NCBI GenBank assembly: GCA_951406725.2
Contig: OX597815.1
Span: forward strand, 191,828,001 to 191,892,000
Length of the DNA: 64,000 bases
Source: Octopus vulgaris
Taxonomy: Eukaryota
Reading direction: 5' to 3'
In this document: one piece after another, positions 38,823-51,729 of the stretch
Layout of the letters: each line of letters begins with the position of its first letter
Position numbering within the stretch: position 1 is the stretch's first letter
Notes under the pieces: generated by a model
Database searches by the model: none
The model's input: only the letters and a program-made list of their open reading frames with translations
What the model was told of the DNA's origin: nothing
Made by a program: the position numbers and the translations under genes

Positions 38823-39120
38823 ATCTAAAGCAAATCCATTTGTGCCCACCCTGTCTTTTCATTTTTATTAATTCATGCCAGAAACAATATATATAATGAT
38901 TATAATAAAAGTTAGCAATCTTATATTTATTTTGTAAACAAATAATACAATATTGCATAAGTATTTTATAATGTTTCTTTCTTTTTCTGGTAACTTGCTG
39001 CGTACCAGCAGCTGATGGCTTGTGGACTGGCACTGGTCCATGGACCACCACTTTGAGTAGCACTGCTCTACTCAACATTTAAACACACTAATCAACTTAT
39101 AGTTACTTGTCCAAATCATT

Positions 39121-39164
<44 letters not shown>

Positions 39165-39185
39165 GAACAAAGTGTACGTACGCTG

Positions 39186-39218
<33 letters not shown>

Positions 39219-39225
<7 letters not shown>

Positions 39226-39514
39226 CAAAATGGGACAAGAACGCAAGACATCTGGACAACTAGCTGATAAAAAGGGCACAACAAAACATCCAGATAGACA
39301 ATACAAAAAAAAAAAAACACGGACGGATCATTCGAAGCCTTTTATCTTCAGTCAAAACCCGGATCATCCTTGCAATTTCGCGGTTCTTGACTGAAGGTCA
39401 AAGGCTTCGAATGATCCATCCGTGTTTTTTTTTTTTGTATTGTCTATCTGGATGTTTTGTTGTCCCCTTTTGTATCACCTAGTTGTCTGGATGTTTTGCG
39501 TTCTTGTCCCATTT

Positions 39515-39523
<9 letters not shown>
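39219..39523. repeat. ~300 bp fold-back element between (TA)n tracts
   Basis: Arms are reverse complements; family also at 22680-22790 and 31820-32000. Confidence 0.85.
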
Positions 39524-39601
<78 letters not shown>

Positions 39602-39603
39602 AT

Positions 39604-39688
<85 letters not shown>

Positions 39689-40061
39689 GTATATATATGT
39701 ATATATACACACACATACATATAATACATATATATGTGTGTGTGTTTTTGTGTGTCTCTGTGTTTGTCTCCTACTTCCACTTGAGAATCGATTTTGGTTT
39801 GTTTGTGACTTAGAGGTTTGGCAAAACAGACTGATAAAGTACAAGACTTGAAAAAAATAAGTACCGGGATTGATTTGTTTGACTAAAACCTTCATTGTGG
39901 TGCCCCAGCATGGCCACAGTCCAAAGACTGAAACAAGTAAAAGATGAAAGTAAGATAAATGATGATACTGCTTAGTGGTCAAGTAACCATGTAGAGGCTC
40001 TTTTATTGGTCAAGCCGATTAATGGACATTGCAGATTACTGCTGCTGCTGCTGCTTGTTTG

Positions 40062-40443
40062 TTTTTTGTTTGTTTGTTGAGCAAAGCGGTCTTCGTCCCA
40101 GTGCTTGTAGTGGGAGAAGTCCAAATTGTGGTCCTTTGCTATTTGTAAGACCCGCAGAAGAGAGAGCAGGTCAACCCCCGACACTGAGAGCATCGACGGA
40201 TGGATGAATGCGCATCCAGGCTCAGCGGTTGCGTAGGAAGTCGGGGTCAAGAAACAGGAAGAAAGAGTGAGAGATAGTTGGGGCGAAAGAGTACAACAGG
40301 GGTCACCAACACCCCCTGCTGGAGCCTCATGGAGCTTTTAGGTGTTTTTGCTCAATAAACACACACAACGCGCGGTCTGGGAATCGAAACCGCAATCCTC
40401 CAACCGCGAGTCCGCTGCCCTAACCACTGGGCCATTGCGCCTC
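40062..40443 (-). mobile_element. tRNA-derived SINE family D, third tail type
   Basis: Same head as 3537/22835; different 3' half ending in (CAAA)n. Confidence 0.8.
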
Positions 40444-40816
40444 CTGCTGCTGCTACTGCTGCTGATGATGATGAAAGATAATTATATACCACTTATTGAC
40501 TGGAAGAGGAAACTGAATCAGAATATTTCATCTTCCTATCATCTTCCATTTTATTACAGAATCAAAGCAGATATGGTGTTGTGTTGAGTCAAAAGTCTTG
40601 TAAGTTATCTGTTTTATTTGTCAAGTAAAAACAAAATATAAAGAATTTTAGCTGAAAGACTCAACGCTGGTACTTATTACATTTTAAACCTGGTGCTTAT
40701 TCTTTTGGTCACACCTGCTGAAGTGCTAAGTTATGGGGATGTAAATGTACCAACACTGATTGTCAAGCAGTGAGGCAGACACAGAAACAAACACACACAC
40801 ACACACAGACACACAC

Positions 40817-40861
<45 letters not shown>

Positions 40862-40989
40862 TCTTCTTTTCAGTTTCTGTCCATCAAATCAACTCACAAT
40901 GCTTTACTTGGGCTAAGGGTATAGTAGAAAACACTTGCCCAAGGTGCCACACAGTGGGACTGAACCCAGAACCATCTGATTGAGAATAT

Positions 40990-41184
40990 AATAACAATGA
41001 AATTATTGTATACAGTGCTCAGGTGCACCACAACTTGTCAAAAGTGCGTATAAAGCATATGCAGTAATGTACAAATGTCTGGAAAGTGAACAGTGTATGA
41101 GTCAGATACATACTTGCGTGTGTATGGAGGGGAGAAAACCAGGTGTAGTGTTGGCGAATCTCAGGAAGCATGGAAGTTTTAAAG
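40990..41184 (-). mobile_element. CR1-group LINE 3' UTR fragment inserted in the head of a SINE B
   Basis: Near-identical to 16703-16860. Confidence 0.8.
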
Positions 41185-42579
41185 GAGGCAAACTTCTACC
41201 ACACAGCCAAGCCCACACCTATAATATAATTACTTACCTATAATAACAAAACACACTTACACTATGTGTGTTTTTTGCTATTACTGGTTTGTGTGTGGTG
41301 TTTGGTGTTTTGCTATTACTGGTTCAGCGAACAAGTCAGACGACAAACAGTGAATTGGACTCACAGCAGGCTGGCAGACTGGATTATAGAATTTGGTGGA
41401 AAAGGTTAAACGCTGTATACATATAAGTCTGTTTCTCTTCTCTCTTAATATAGTTGCTTAAGGAACTCCCGTAGGAGAGAAACAGGTGTGTATATGTCAC
41501 ATTTAACCATTTAACTAAATTATACTTTCATCTTTGTCTGTCTGAATTTTTCTCTATGTCTCTCTATCTCTGTCTATACACACACATTCACACACACCCA
41601 CTCACACACACACATACACAGATATACACACATACACACACATATCTATACATATATATGTGCATATATATATATATATGGATATATATGTATGTGTGCT
41701 TTGTGTGTGTATGCACACACACACATATACATATATTTATATATGTATATATACCTATATCTATATATATATATCAATAGATACATACATACATATATGT
41801 ATATATACCTATATATATATATATATATATATCAATAGATACATACATGCATACATACATATATATGTATATATACACATACGCACACACATACATGCAC
41901 TCACGAACATATACATATATGTGTGTGAGTTTGTGTGTGTTTGTGTGTGTACATATGAGTTTAGAATGTGTTTGCATTGAGATAAGCCTTGTGTGTGTGT
42001 GTGTGTGTGTTTGTTTTATTTTGTTTGTTTCTTTTTTTGATTTCAGCTGTATGCTTTCAGAACAATTCCATTACAAGATTATCCATTAACCTAAGAAAGC
42101 ACCTAAATATCTTATTTGTTTGCTATTTGTTTGTTCCAAACTCTTAGATATTTATTCTCTGAGAGTAAGGGCTTCCAAATATCTTTCTCTTGGACTGATT
42201 GGCTCCGTTCTGCCATTCATCATCTTCTCTTATAGCTACTTGTTGGATCTTAAGGCAGCATTTTGAGATTATTGTTTAATTTCCATTCATTGTCATTCAG
42301 CTTGGAGAATAAACATCTGCAGACAGTTTCCCTTACCGTTTTTTTCCTTGCGATTTTTCTGTTTTGCTTCCAGTGAAAGGAAACCAGTATAGACCTGCAT
42401 GTGTGTGCACACACACTCACACACACACACATGCACGTGCGCGTGTGTGTGTGTGTGCCTCTTTTGCTTGTGGAAGTATGGTTTCAGTACAGTTGTGGTG
42501 TAGTTGATTGCACAAACACTTGTAGATGTATAGATTCAAGTGCAGGAGTGTGCATGTGTGTAGGTGGTGTGGGTGTTTA

Positions 42580-42580
42580 T

Positions 42581-42614
<34 letters not shown>

Positions 42615-42722
42615 GTATGCGTATATATATATATATATATATGTATATTATATACATATATGTGTGTGTGTGTATATATATATATATACACATACATATG
42701 TACATATATATATATGTATATA

Positions 42723-42768
<46 letters not shown>

Positions 42769-42880
42769 CATATGTATGTGTATATATATACATATATATA
42801 CATACACACATATATGCATATATATATATATATATATATATCATCATCATCGTTTGGCGTCCGTTTTATATATATATACA

Positions 42881-42939
<59 letters not shown>

Positions 42940-43040
42940 TGCATGTATGTAATCTTCAGATATACATATATATTTGTCTTTGTATATATGTATGTGTGTA
43001 TATATATGTATATGTATCTATGTATATACGCCTTTGTACT

Positions 43041-43075
<35 letters not shown>

Positions 43076-43082
43076 GCACACG

Positions 43083-43159
<77 letters not shown>

Positions 43160-43200
43160 AATCATATATATACACACACATACATACACAAACGCGCATA
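42580..43200. repeat. Compound dinucleotide microsatellite
   Basis: (TG)/(TA)/(CA)n. Confidence 0.95.
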
Positions 43201-43659
43201 CACAGGCATCTTACGCAGCTCTTATATCTCCTCTCTGTATTTATATTCTTTAAGCTAGAGTGGTTTGCTTCTTATCTCAAACCTTTTCTAATACTACAAT
43301 AGGTGTGAACGCTTGGCAAACCAGGAATATTTTCAGGAAATATTCCAATATCTCTATCAAGACTGCATTTTCTTCATCATGCCAAGCAATCAATTATGAA
43401 ATGAGATTTTTACATCGCTTAGATATCTTTTTTTTTTTTTTTTTTTTTTCGTTTCCTTTTTTTTTTTTTTTTTTTTGCCTATTTTCAAGCTTCGTTATGT
43501 GTAAAATAATCTGTTTTTTATGAAGGGCTCTACCCCAGAAAAACTTAGATTTTTTTTTTTTCCTTTTCTCTTGTCTTCTCACAACACGAGAAATATAGCT
43601 TGGCTTTGGGATTTTTTTTTTGTGTTTTTGCAGCACTAACTCTTGCCAAATGTGAGCTA

Positions 43660-44030
43660 ACACCACACTACTACTAATACAATTACTGCTGCTGCTGCTA
43701 CTACCACCACCACCACCACCACCACCACCACCACCACTACTACTACTACTACTACCATCACCACCCCACAATTCTGGCATTAAGCACCACCACTGCCACC
43801 ATCACCACTGCTCCCACTACCACCACCACCACCACCATCACTGCCACCACCACTACCACCACCATGTTGCCATAAAAAAATATCACCACCACCACCATCA
43901 CCATCACCGCTACCACAACCACCATCACTGCTACCACAACCACCATCGCTGCCACCACCAACACCACGACCACCACCACCATCACTATGTTGTCATCAAC
44001 CACCACTAACACCACCAATTCCTCCATCAC
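43660..44030. repeat. (CAC)/(CAT)/(TAC)n trinucleotide tract
   Basis: Degenerate triplet repeats. Confidence 0.9.
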
Positions 44031-44356
44031 TACATCTCTCTACTATTTCAGCCACCACCTCCACCACACCATACCACCAACATCGCATACCGCCACCCTC
44101 GTATTGCTTCTACTGTTTCTGCCTCATCACTTCCAACCACCCGCCTACCCACATCACAACCCCTGCAACTTCAACTTCACCTCAACCAGTACACTTCCAC
44201 CCCACCATCACCCCCACTCCATCAACCAACAACACACCTGATTACCATTTCCCCCCAATCCTTCCCATCAGACTCCTAGAATTCTTGAGCTAATATTTCA
44301 GTTTAAATAGACATGAAAGAACAACAGGCATCACATCTTAACAACACAGCAATTAT

Positions 44357-44681
44357 TCTTTTACTCGTTTCAGTCATTTGACTGCGGCCATGCTGGAGCA
44401 CCGCCTTTAGTCGAAGAAATCGCCCCCCAGGACTTATTCTTTATAAGCCTAGTACTTATTCTATCGGTCTCTTTTTGCCAAACACACACACACAGATATA
44501 TACATATACATATACACGACGGGCTTCTTTCAGTTTCCGTCTACCAAAACCACTCACAAGACTTTGGTCGGCCTGAGGCTGTAGTAGAAGATATTTGCCC
44601 AAGGTGCCACACAGTAGGACGGAACCCAGAACCATGTAGTTGGTAAGCAAGCTACTTACCACACAGCCACTCCTGCGCCTA
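44357..44681 (-). mobile_element. SINE B, internally deleted
   Basis: Similarity to 49926-50332. Confidence 0.85.
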
Positions 44682-44822
44682 TAAGGGGTAAAGGGTAAAT
44701 GGTTCAGTGTGTTAGCAATTGGATAACCAGTTGAAAAGTTTGGGGGTTCAAATACACAGTAAATTCTTAGCTGCAACTTAGGTTGTCCACTTCATTTTAT
44801 GTGACATTTTATAGCTCTCTAA

Positions 44823-45228
44823 GGCGGCGAGCTGGCAGAAACGTTTGCACGCCAGGCGAAATGCTTACCGATATTTTGTCTGCCGCTATGTTCTGAGTTC
44901 AAATTCCGCCAAGGTTGACTTTGCCTTTCATCCTTTTGGGGTCGATTAAATAAGTACCAGTTATGCACTGGGGTTGATATAATTGACTTAATTCGTTTGT
45001 CTGTCCTTGTTTGTCCCTTCTGTGTTTAGCCCCATGTGGGTAGTGAAGAAATAGGTATTTCGTCTATCTTTACGTTCTGAGTTCAAATTCCACCGAAGTC
45101 AACTTTGTCTTTCATCCTTTCAGGGTCGATAGATTAAGTACCAGTTACATACTGGGGTCGATTTAATCGACTGCCCCACCCCCTCCCCCCCCAAATTTCG
45201 GGCCTTGTGCCTAGAGTAGAAAAGATTA
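44823..45228 (+). mobile_element. SINE A dimer with two different tail types
   Basis: First unit ends GAAGAAATAG, second ends GGCCTTGTGCCTAGAGTAGAAAAGATT. Confidence 0.85.
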
Positions 45229-45442
45229 TGTAGCTGTCTGGTGCTGGTACCATGTAAAAGGTATCAGCCGAAATGTTGTGTCAACAACAAACAAGATGAG
45301 GGCAAATATCCGTCAAATGTAAATAATGTAAATAGGGATTATTCCGTGTGACTAATCAGTTCAAGGAGGTGCCCCAGCATGGCCACAAACCAAGGACTGA
45401 AACAAGTAAAAGATAAAGGAAGACATGGTAAAGTCTCACATC

Positions 45443-45607
45443 TAGGTGCAGGAGTGGCTGTGTGATAAGAAGCTTGCTTCCCAACCATGTGGTTCTGGGT
45501 TCAGTCCCACTGCATGGCACCTTGGGCAAATGTCTCCTATTGTAGCTTTGGGCTGACCAAAGCCTTGTGAGTGGATTTGGTAGATGGAAACTGAAAGATG
45601 CCCATCG

Positions 45608-45641
<34 letters not shown>

Positions 45642-46077
45642 ACGGTGGCACGTAAAAGCACCATCCGTTCGTGTTCGTTGTCAGCCTCGGCTGGCCCCCA
45701 TGCCGGTGACACGTAAAAGCACCGTCCGTTCGTGGCCGTTTGCCAGCTCTGTCTGGCCCCGTGTCGGTGGCACGTAAAAGCACCATCCGTTCGTGTCCGT
45801 TGCCAGCATCGCCTGGCCCCGTGCCGGTGACACGTAAAAGCACCATCCGTTCGTGGCCGTTCGCCAGCTCTGTCTGGCACCTGTGCAGGTGGCACGTAAA
45901 AAACACCCACTACACTCGCGGAGTGGTTGGCGTTAGGAAGGGCATCCAGCCGTAGAAACACTGCCAGATCTGACTGGGCCTGACGAAGCCTTCCAGCTTC
46001 ACAGACCCCAGTTGACCCGTCCAACCCATGCTAGCATGGAAAGCGGACGCTAAATGATGATGATGATGATGATGATG

Positions 46078-46140
<63 letters not shown>

Positions 46141-46330
46141 TCCCCCTCACCTTTGCTTCACAACTGATGTTGGTGTGTTTACATCCCCGTAACTTAGCAG
46201 TTCGGCAAAAGAGACCAATAGAGTAAGTACTAGGCTTAGAAAGAATAAGTCTGTGGGTTGATTTGTTCGACTAAAGGCGCTGCTCCAGTATGGCCACAAA
46301 CAAATGACTGAAACAAGTAAAAGAAAAGAA
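45443..46330 (+). mobile_element. SINE B with family C element (45643-46078) nested in its microsatellite
   Basis: B head and tail flank the C body, which has ~60-bp tandem units. Confidence 0.85.
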
Positions 46331-46483
46331 TAAATATATAATACAGTGATTTTTAAAAAATGTCATATTATCTATGCAATTGTTTTACAAAACCTCCCTC
46401 TCAAGGGATAAGATTTTTGAATACTGAATGTCTCAGTTGGGAGCATAAAGCTGTGTCTGTGTTAAAATGTGAAACCCCGAGTT

Positions 46484-46785
46484 CTGTTGTGTCTGGGGTG
46501 AGTCATTTTCTATTTGTGCCTTATAATGTAACACACTCACCTGTAAAATTTCCACTTATTTCTTATTTTTATTTTCCTAAAATTTTCATTGCATCTTGCA
46601 ACCTTTTCAATAGTCTTGACTCAAGACGCAATGAAAATTTTAGAAAAATAACAATAAGTGGAAATTTTACCGGTGAGTGTGTTTCATTATAAGGCAAAAA
46701 AAGAAAATGACTCTCCCCAGACACAGCAGAATATGCTTCAACACACGAACTCATATAAAGAATCTTGCAAACCAAATCCGAAAAC
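46484..46785. mobile_element. Fold-back retro-insertion with 13-bp TSD and variant hammerhead (46577-46613, minus)
   Basis: TSD GAAACCCCGAGTT at 46471 and 46786; inverted arms 46482-46731. Confidence 0.75.
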
Positions 46786-46911
46786 GAAACCCCGAGTTTT
46801 TTGTCCAGTTTTCAACTTACAGTATTTGGTACTTCATTTCTGTTTATAAATTAGTGTTTTATTAATGACTGAAACACATATATTAAAAAAAAAAAAAAAA
46901 GAAGAGAAAGA

Positions 46912-47350
46912 AGAAAAATTCCGTGTTAATGTTTTTCCTGTAAAGCTGCAAAAGTCTTTGATTATGTTACTTTGGAATATTCTATAAAAGGGGGGAAATT
47001 TGCTGGCTGACTACTTTCAAATCAATGGTTCTGTGTCTAAAATGGAGAGAGAGAGAGAGAAAGGGAGAGAGAGAGAGAGAGAGAGGAAGAGAGAAAATGG
47101 CGGTGGTGGTGGGAGATTTGGTGAAAATGGTATGAAATTAGAGTGAAGACGATGATTCTGGCTGTAAATGCAGTGCACTATGAATAAATGTATTTAATAT
47201 AGCATGACAGCAGCTGGACTGAGTGATTTAAAAGTGAACGAGTGGAGACTGAGTGACTAGTCTTGTTACGTTATGAAAGGCTGTGAAAGGGATTTATTAA
47301 AGGATGACCTGGAATGAATTCATTAGGTCTTAGACAGGGAGAGAAGACTG
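46912..47350. repeat. Duplicated non-coding block, copy 2
   Basis: Near-identical to 36757-37187. Confidence 0.9.
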
Positions 47351-48038
47351 TGTGTGCACAATGGGACACAGTTGGTATTTCATGAGAAAATAGTGTCATT
47401 ATTATGAGGAGATTAATAGCCTAAATTTGTAAATAACAGAAGAGAATATAAGCGTTATGTAGTAAGACCTAAAGATCTTAATTTGAGCCTGGTGCAGTCA
47501 CTGGCTCTCCAGACCTCAGTAAAACTGTCCAACCCATGCTAGCATGGAAAATGGATGTTAAGCGATGATGATGATGATGAATGGCTAGGAGGGTCCATCC
47601 AAATAAAATAGGAACCAAAAGAATCCATAGGCTAAAAATAGTTGAGAAACCTCCAGGCCTTGGCAAAATTGTTACCAAAATGAGCGAAATGCTTAGCAGT
47701 ATTTCGTACGTCTTTACGTACAGAGTTCAAATTCCATTGAGGTCAGCTCTGCTTTTCATTCAGGGTCGATTAAATAAGTACCAGTTGAACACTGGTGTCA
47801 ATGTAATCTGCCTACCCCCACTCTGAAATAGCTGGCTTTGTGTAAAAACTTGAAACCGATGTTATGTTTATTTTCAGGCCTAAGAATTGTTAGTGCCAAC
47901 CACTCCGAAAGTGTAGTGGGTGTTTTTTATGTGTCAGGCATGCCTGGCATTGATCACATTTGGATAGTGCTTTTTACATGCCACCGGTACAGGGGCCAGT
48001 CAGGGGGTACTGGCATTGGCCACATACCACCTGACTGG

Positions 48039-48073
<35 letters not shown>

Positions 48074-49479
48074 TTTCCGTCTACCAAATCCTCTCACAAA
48101 GCTTTGGTCGGCCCGAGGCTATAGTAGAAGACACTTACCCACGGTACCATGCATTGGGACTGAACCTGGAACTATGTGGTTTGTAAGCAAACTACTTACC
48201 ACACAGCCACTCCTATGCCTATATATATATAATAATAATAATAAATATTTTAGACTAATAGGTATAAGTCAATTAGTGTCTTTAAATGTTGAGTAGAGTT
48301 CTGGCACAGTTTAGGCTACCTGGTGTCATCCGTAGTTGTGGTACACTTCTGTTGGATCTACTTCAGCAGTGTTAAAAGATCATATTTTATTTTTATAAAT
48401 AAATATTGTTAGGGATTGTATAAGAAAAATTGTTAAAATATTTTGTGTACTGTAGAAATATAACCAATTTTTTGCACATAAATTTTAACAGCAAAACTTA
48501 TATGGACTCTTGAAGGTCTCATGGTCACCTGTTGAGAACCATTGTTATTGACCAATGTCCAGCCATAAATCTTTCAACAAAACTTTTTTTAAAGAATGGT
48601 AATAAATAAACTAAAATAAAAAATAAGGCAGTGCTCCAGCATGGCCACAGTCTGCAGACTGAATTCACCAAGAGAATTCAATTCAAAGAATAAAAAGATT
48701 GGAGATATGTAATAAAATTAAGCTGCCTCGTATCACAAAGGATATATTGTCTTAGAGAAGATCGTATTCTAAGTCCGTCACTAAGTCGCTAAAACTTATA
48801 GAAATCTCTGGAATCACCATTGGTTAGAACTTATACGTAATAAATGGAAGAAGATGAAACGAAATTGCACATATTAGAGATATAACAAAGATAAAAATCA
48901 AATATAAAAATAATATCAAAAATAAGCTTATTTGATGACATGAAACGATGGATGTAATAATATATATATAAAGCACTGGGTCTGAGGTCGTTATTTATAA
49001 TTAGCTGCGATGAATATTTTACAATCAATTTTCTGCATGCATGTGTATGTATGTATGTATGTATGTATTCTGCACCCTCTCCGTTATGTATAATGATGTC
49101 TGCAGCAGGATTGAGTTTTATGGCAAATATACTTTTATCTTTGTGTTTGTCTAACTGTCTGTTCATATCTTAAACTTTTGTGAAACTTTTTATTTTGTAA
49201 ATTCTCATTTTCCTGAAATAGATGACCAACTTTAACACATGCACACACACACACACACACGCACACACACACACATGCACACATTCACACACTCACACAC
49301 ACATGCACACACGTATATAATATGCTTACATATGCATACATATAAATACATAAAAACAAAACATACATACACATATATATGTATGTATCCATCAACCTAT
49401 CAATCTATCTATCTATTTTTCTGTCCATCTGTCCGTCCATCTCTCTCTCTATCTATCTACCTGTCCATCATTCTTTCTT

Positions 49480-49516
<37 letters not shown>

Positions 49517-49925
49517 ATACCTGTCCATCTATCTATCTATCTATCTATCTATCTGTATACCTGTCCATCTATCTATCTGTTTGACTGTCTGTCTGTCAAT
49601 ATATATTATATGTATAAGGCAGCAATGCACACACACACACACACATACACACATACATACATACATACATGTGATAAATAAATGCAACTGTTCTGCAATG
49701 TAACTTTCCATTTTGTAAAAAGATAAACAGCCAGATGGAGGAAATATCTTCATTTATATAGAAGATCAAAAATAAAATCACAGATGGCAAAAAGAGAAAC
49801 GAACATGCAATCCAACAAGAAAAGTATTAAAAATAATTATTCACAGATATGGAGGTATAAACGCCCTTGGGCAAGCTGCTTGGTGTGAGTACACTCACTC
49901 ATACAAGCATCCACAAAAAATGAAC

Positions 49926-50332
49926 GTGGCTGTGTGGTAAGTAGCTTGCTTACCAACCACATGGTTCTGGGTTCAGTCCCACTGCATGGCACCTTGGGCA
50001 AGTATCTTCTACTATAGCCTCAGGCCGACCAAAGCCTTGTGAGTGGATTTGGTAGATGGAAACTGAAAGAAGCCTGTCATATATATGTATATATATATAC
50101 ATATATATATTTATGTGTGAGTATATGTTTTTATGTCTGTTTGTCCCCCCAACATCGCTTGACAACCAATGCTGGTGTTTACCTCCCCGTAACTTAGCGG
50201 TTTAGCAAAAGAGACCGATAGAATAAGTACTAGGCTTACAAAGAATAAGTGCTGGGGTCGATTTGCTCGACTAAAGGCAGTGCTCCAGCATGGCTGCAGT
50301 CAAATGACTGAAACAAGTAAAAGAGTAAAAGA
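49926..50332 (+). mobile_element. Near full-length SINE B
   Basis: A box TGGCTGTGTGG, B box GGTTCAGTC, CORE-like ACCTTGGGCAAGT, internal microsatellite, (AGTAAAAG) tail. Confidence 0.88.
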
Positions 50333-50472
50333 GATATGCACACACAAAGCTTGGTGCATTGATGATCACAAAGTGAGTTAGCTATCTACTTGGCGTTTAT
50401 AAAAATAGAGAGATTAAAAGTAAACTGAAGTCATCCATACCTTAAAGTAAATTTAATTAAGTCAACGGTTAC

Positions 50473-50890
50473 TCAAAATTCATTCTCACTGCAATGTGTG
50501 AAAGTACATTTATATGCGTGTAGGCATCTCAAGAGTGGTTCAGAAATTCTATTAATGATCTTCTCGTTAGTCGACAGAATGGACAGGTATTCCTTGGAGC
50601 AGAGACAGCATCTCCTGAAAATTATATTATATGGTTTCGCATATCTTACGATGGACCAATTAATGCTGCACTTCATTTTATCCTCCTTTAGTCGCCATAC
50701 AAAATCTACCAAAGCTGGCAACATGGTTACGATAATGATTCTTAAATGAATCAGCCATCTGCCCAATGTAAACATACAGCCCTCAACTTTGTGTGCACAG
50801 TACATTTATATACAAGATTTGTACTCGTACAGAGATTCATCAAAGGACATTTTGACTTTTCTCTGCATGAGCATTTATCATATTTATTTG
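50473..50890 (-). mobile_element. Penelope-like GIY-YIG endonuclease relic
   Basis: CREKSKCPLMNLC..NLVYKC..YIG..FKNHYRNH and VWRLKE..INWSIV..CCLCSKE..NRISE..CLH, typical of a PLE (Neptune-like) endonuclease. Confidence 0.85.
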
Positions 50891-51006
50891 CATAAAAGGC
50901 AGTCCCGATTGCATTTACTGGCGTTTATTTTCCATTATACATACATACATACATATATATAATCCAAAAAAGAGGACAAAGAAAGAGATTAGCACATCTT
51001 TAATGA

Positions 51007-51125
51007 CCAGTTACAATTGTTTCTGTATTACTCCATTTTTAACTCCGTTGTACACAAAAATTCCATGTGAGAAGTTATGCAATATTTGCCATTTTAAACA
51101 TTTGAGTGGCACTTCATCTGAATTG
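51007..51125 (-). ncRNA. Degenerate long-stem-II hammerhead motif
   Basis: CAGATGA-A-GTGCCACTC...GAGTAATAC-A-GAAA-CAATTG-TA; stem I poor. Confidence 0.5.
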
Positions 51126-51514
51126 CATAAAACAATTGTGCTCTTACTTAGTGCATCTGCCAAGTGTTGCATTTTGTTTATATCGGAAGAAAGGAGAAAT
51201 ATAAATAATGGTAAAAATAAAATTATGAAATACTGGACAGACCATAGACAATAGTAATACCAAAACAAGCAAAGGTATGGTTGGAAAAAGATGAATGAAT
51301 AGGGAGAAGAAGAGAAAGGATAAAAATGGTGAGGTAGGCTCATTGTTCATAATGACCATAAGATAAGGGTGATGATGATGATGATGATAGTTATGCATAT
51401 ACGGAGATATGTCTATCCACTAATACATATACATATATACATCATCATCAATGTCATTACTTAACATTCATTTTCCATGCTGGCATGGGTTGGATGGTTC
51501 AGCAGGAACTGGCA

Positions 51515-51729
51515 CCGCCCAAGAATTTGGACCTGGAGATCTCCATTTCCAGCAACTTCGAGGGCCACCTCCCAGTGGTGTCAGGCGTCAATGAAGAGCC
51601 CTGGACTAGAACAAGACGACCAAAGTTTTTTTTTTTTTTTTTGCAAGGTCTGGGGTCTCCTGCCCCTAAGCCCTAGACCATCACCTAATCACCCTTACCC
51701 GTCTTGTTGCTTAACAACAACAACAACAG
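51515..51729 (+). mobile_element. Short retroposed insertion with (CAA)n tail inside a family C copy
   Basis: 15-bp TSD CAGCAGGAACTGGCA. Confidence 0.8.

Noticed and set aside
42337-42394. Minus-strand 58-nt exon candidate with GTAAGG donor
   Set aside because: The acceptor lacks a pyrimidine tract and the peptide is unrecognisable.
42401-43302. Long ORFs (183-258 aa) rich in Y/I/H/T/C/V, and similar ones throughout the window
   Set aside because: They are translations of (TA)/(CA)/(TG) microsatellites.
45356-46024. 222-aa ORF, and overlapping ORFs at 11352-11879
   Set aside because: Antisense reads through SINE families B and C, with no domain similarity.
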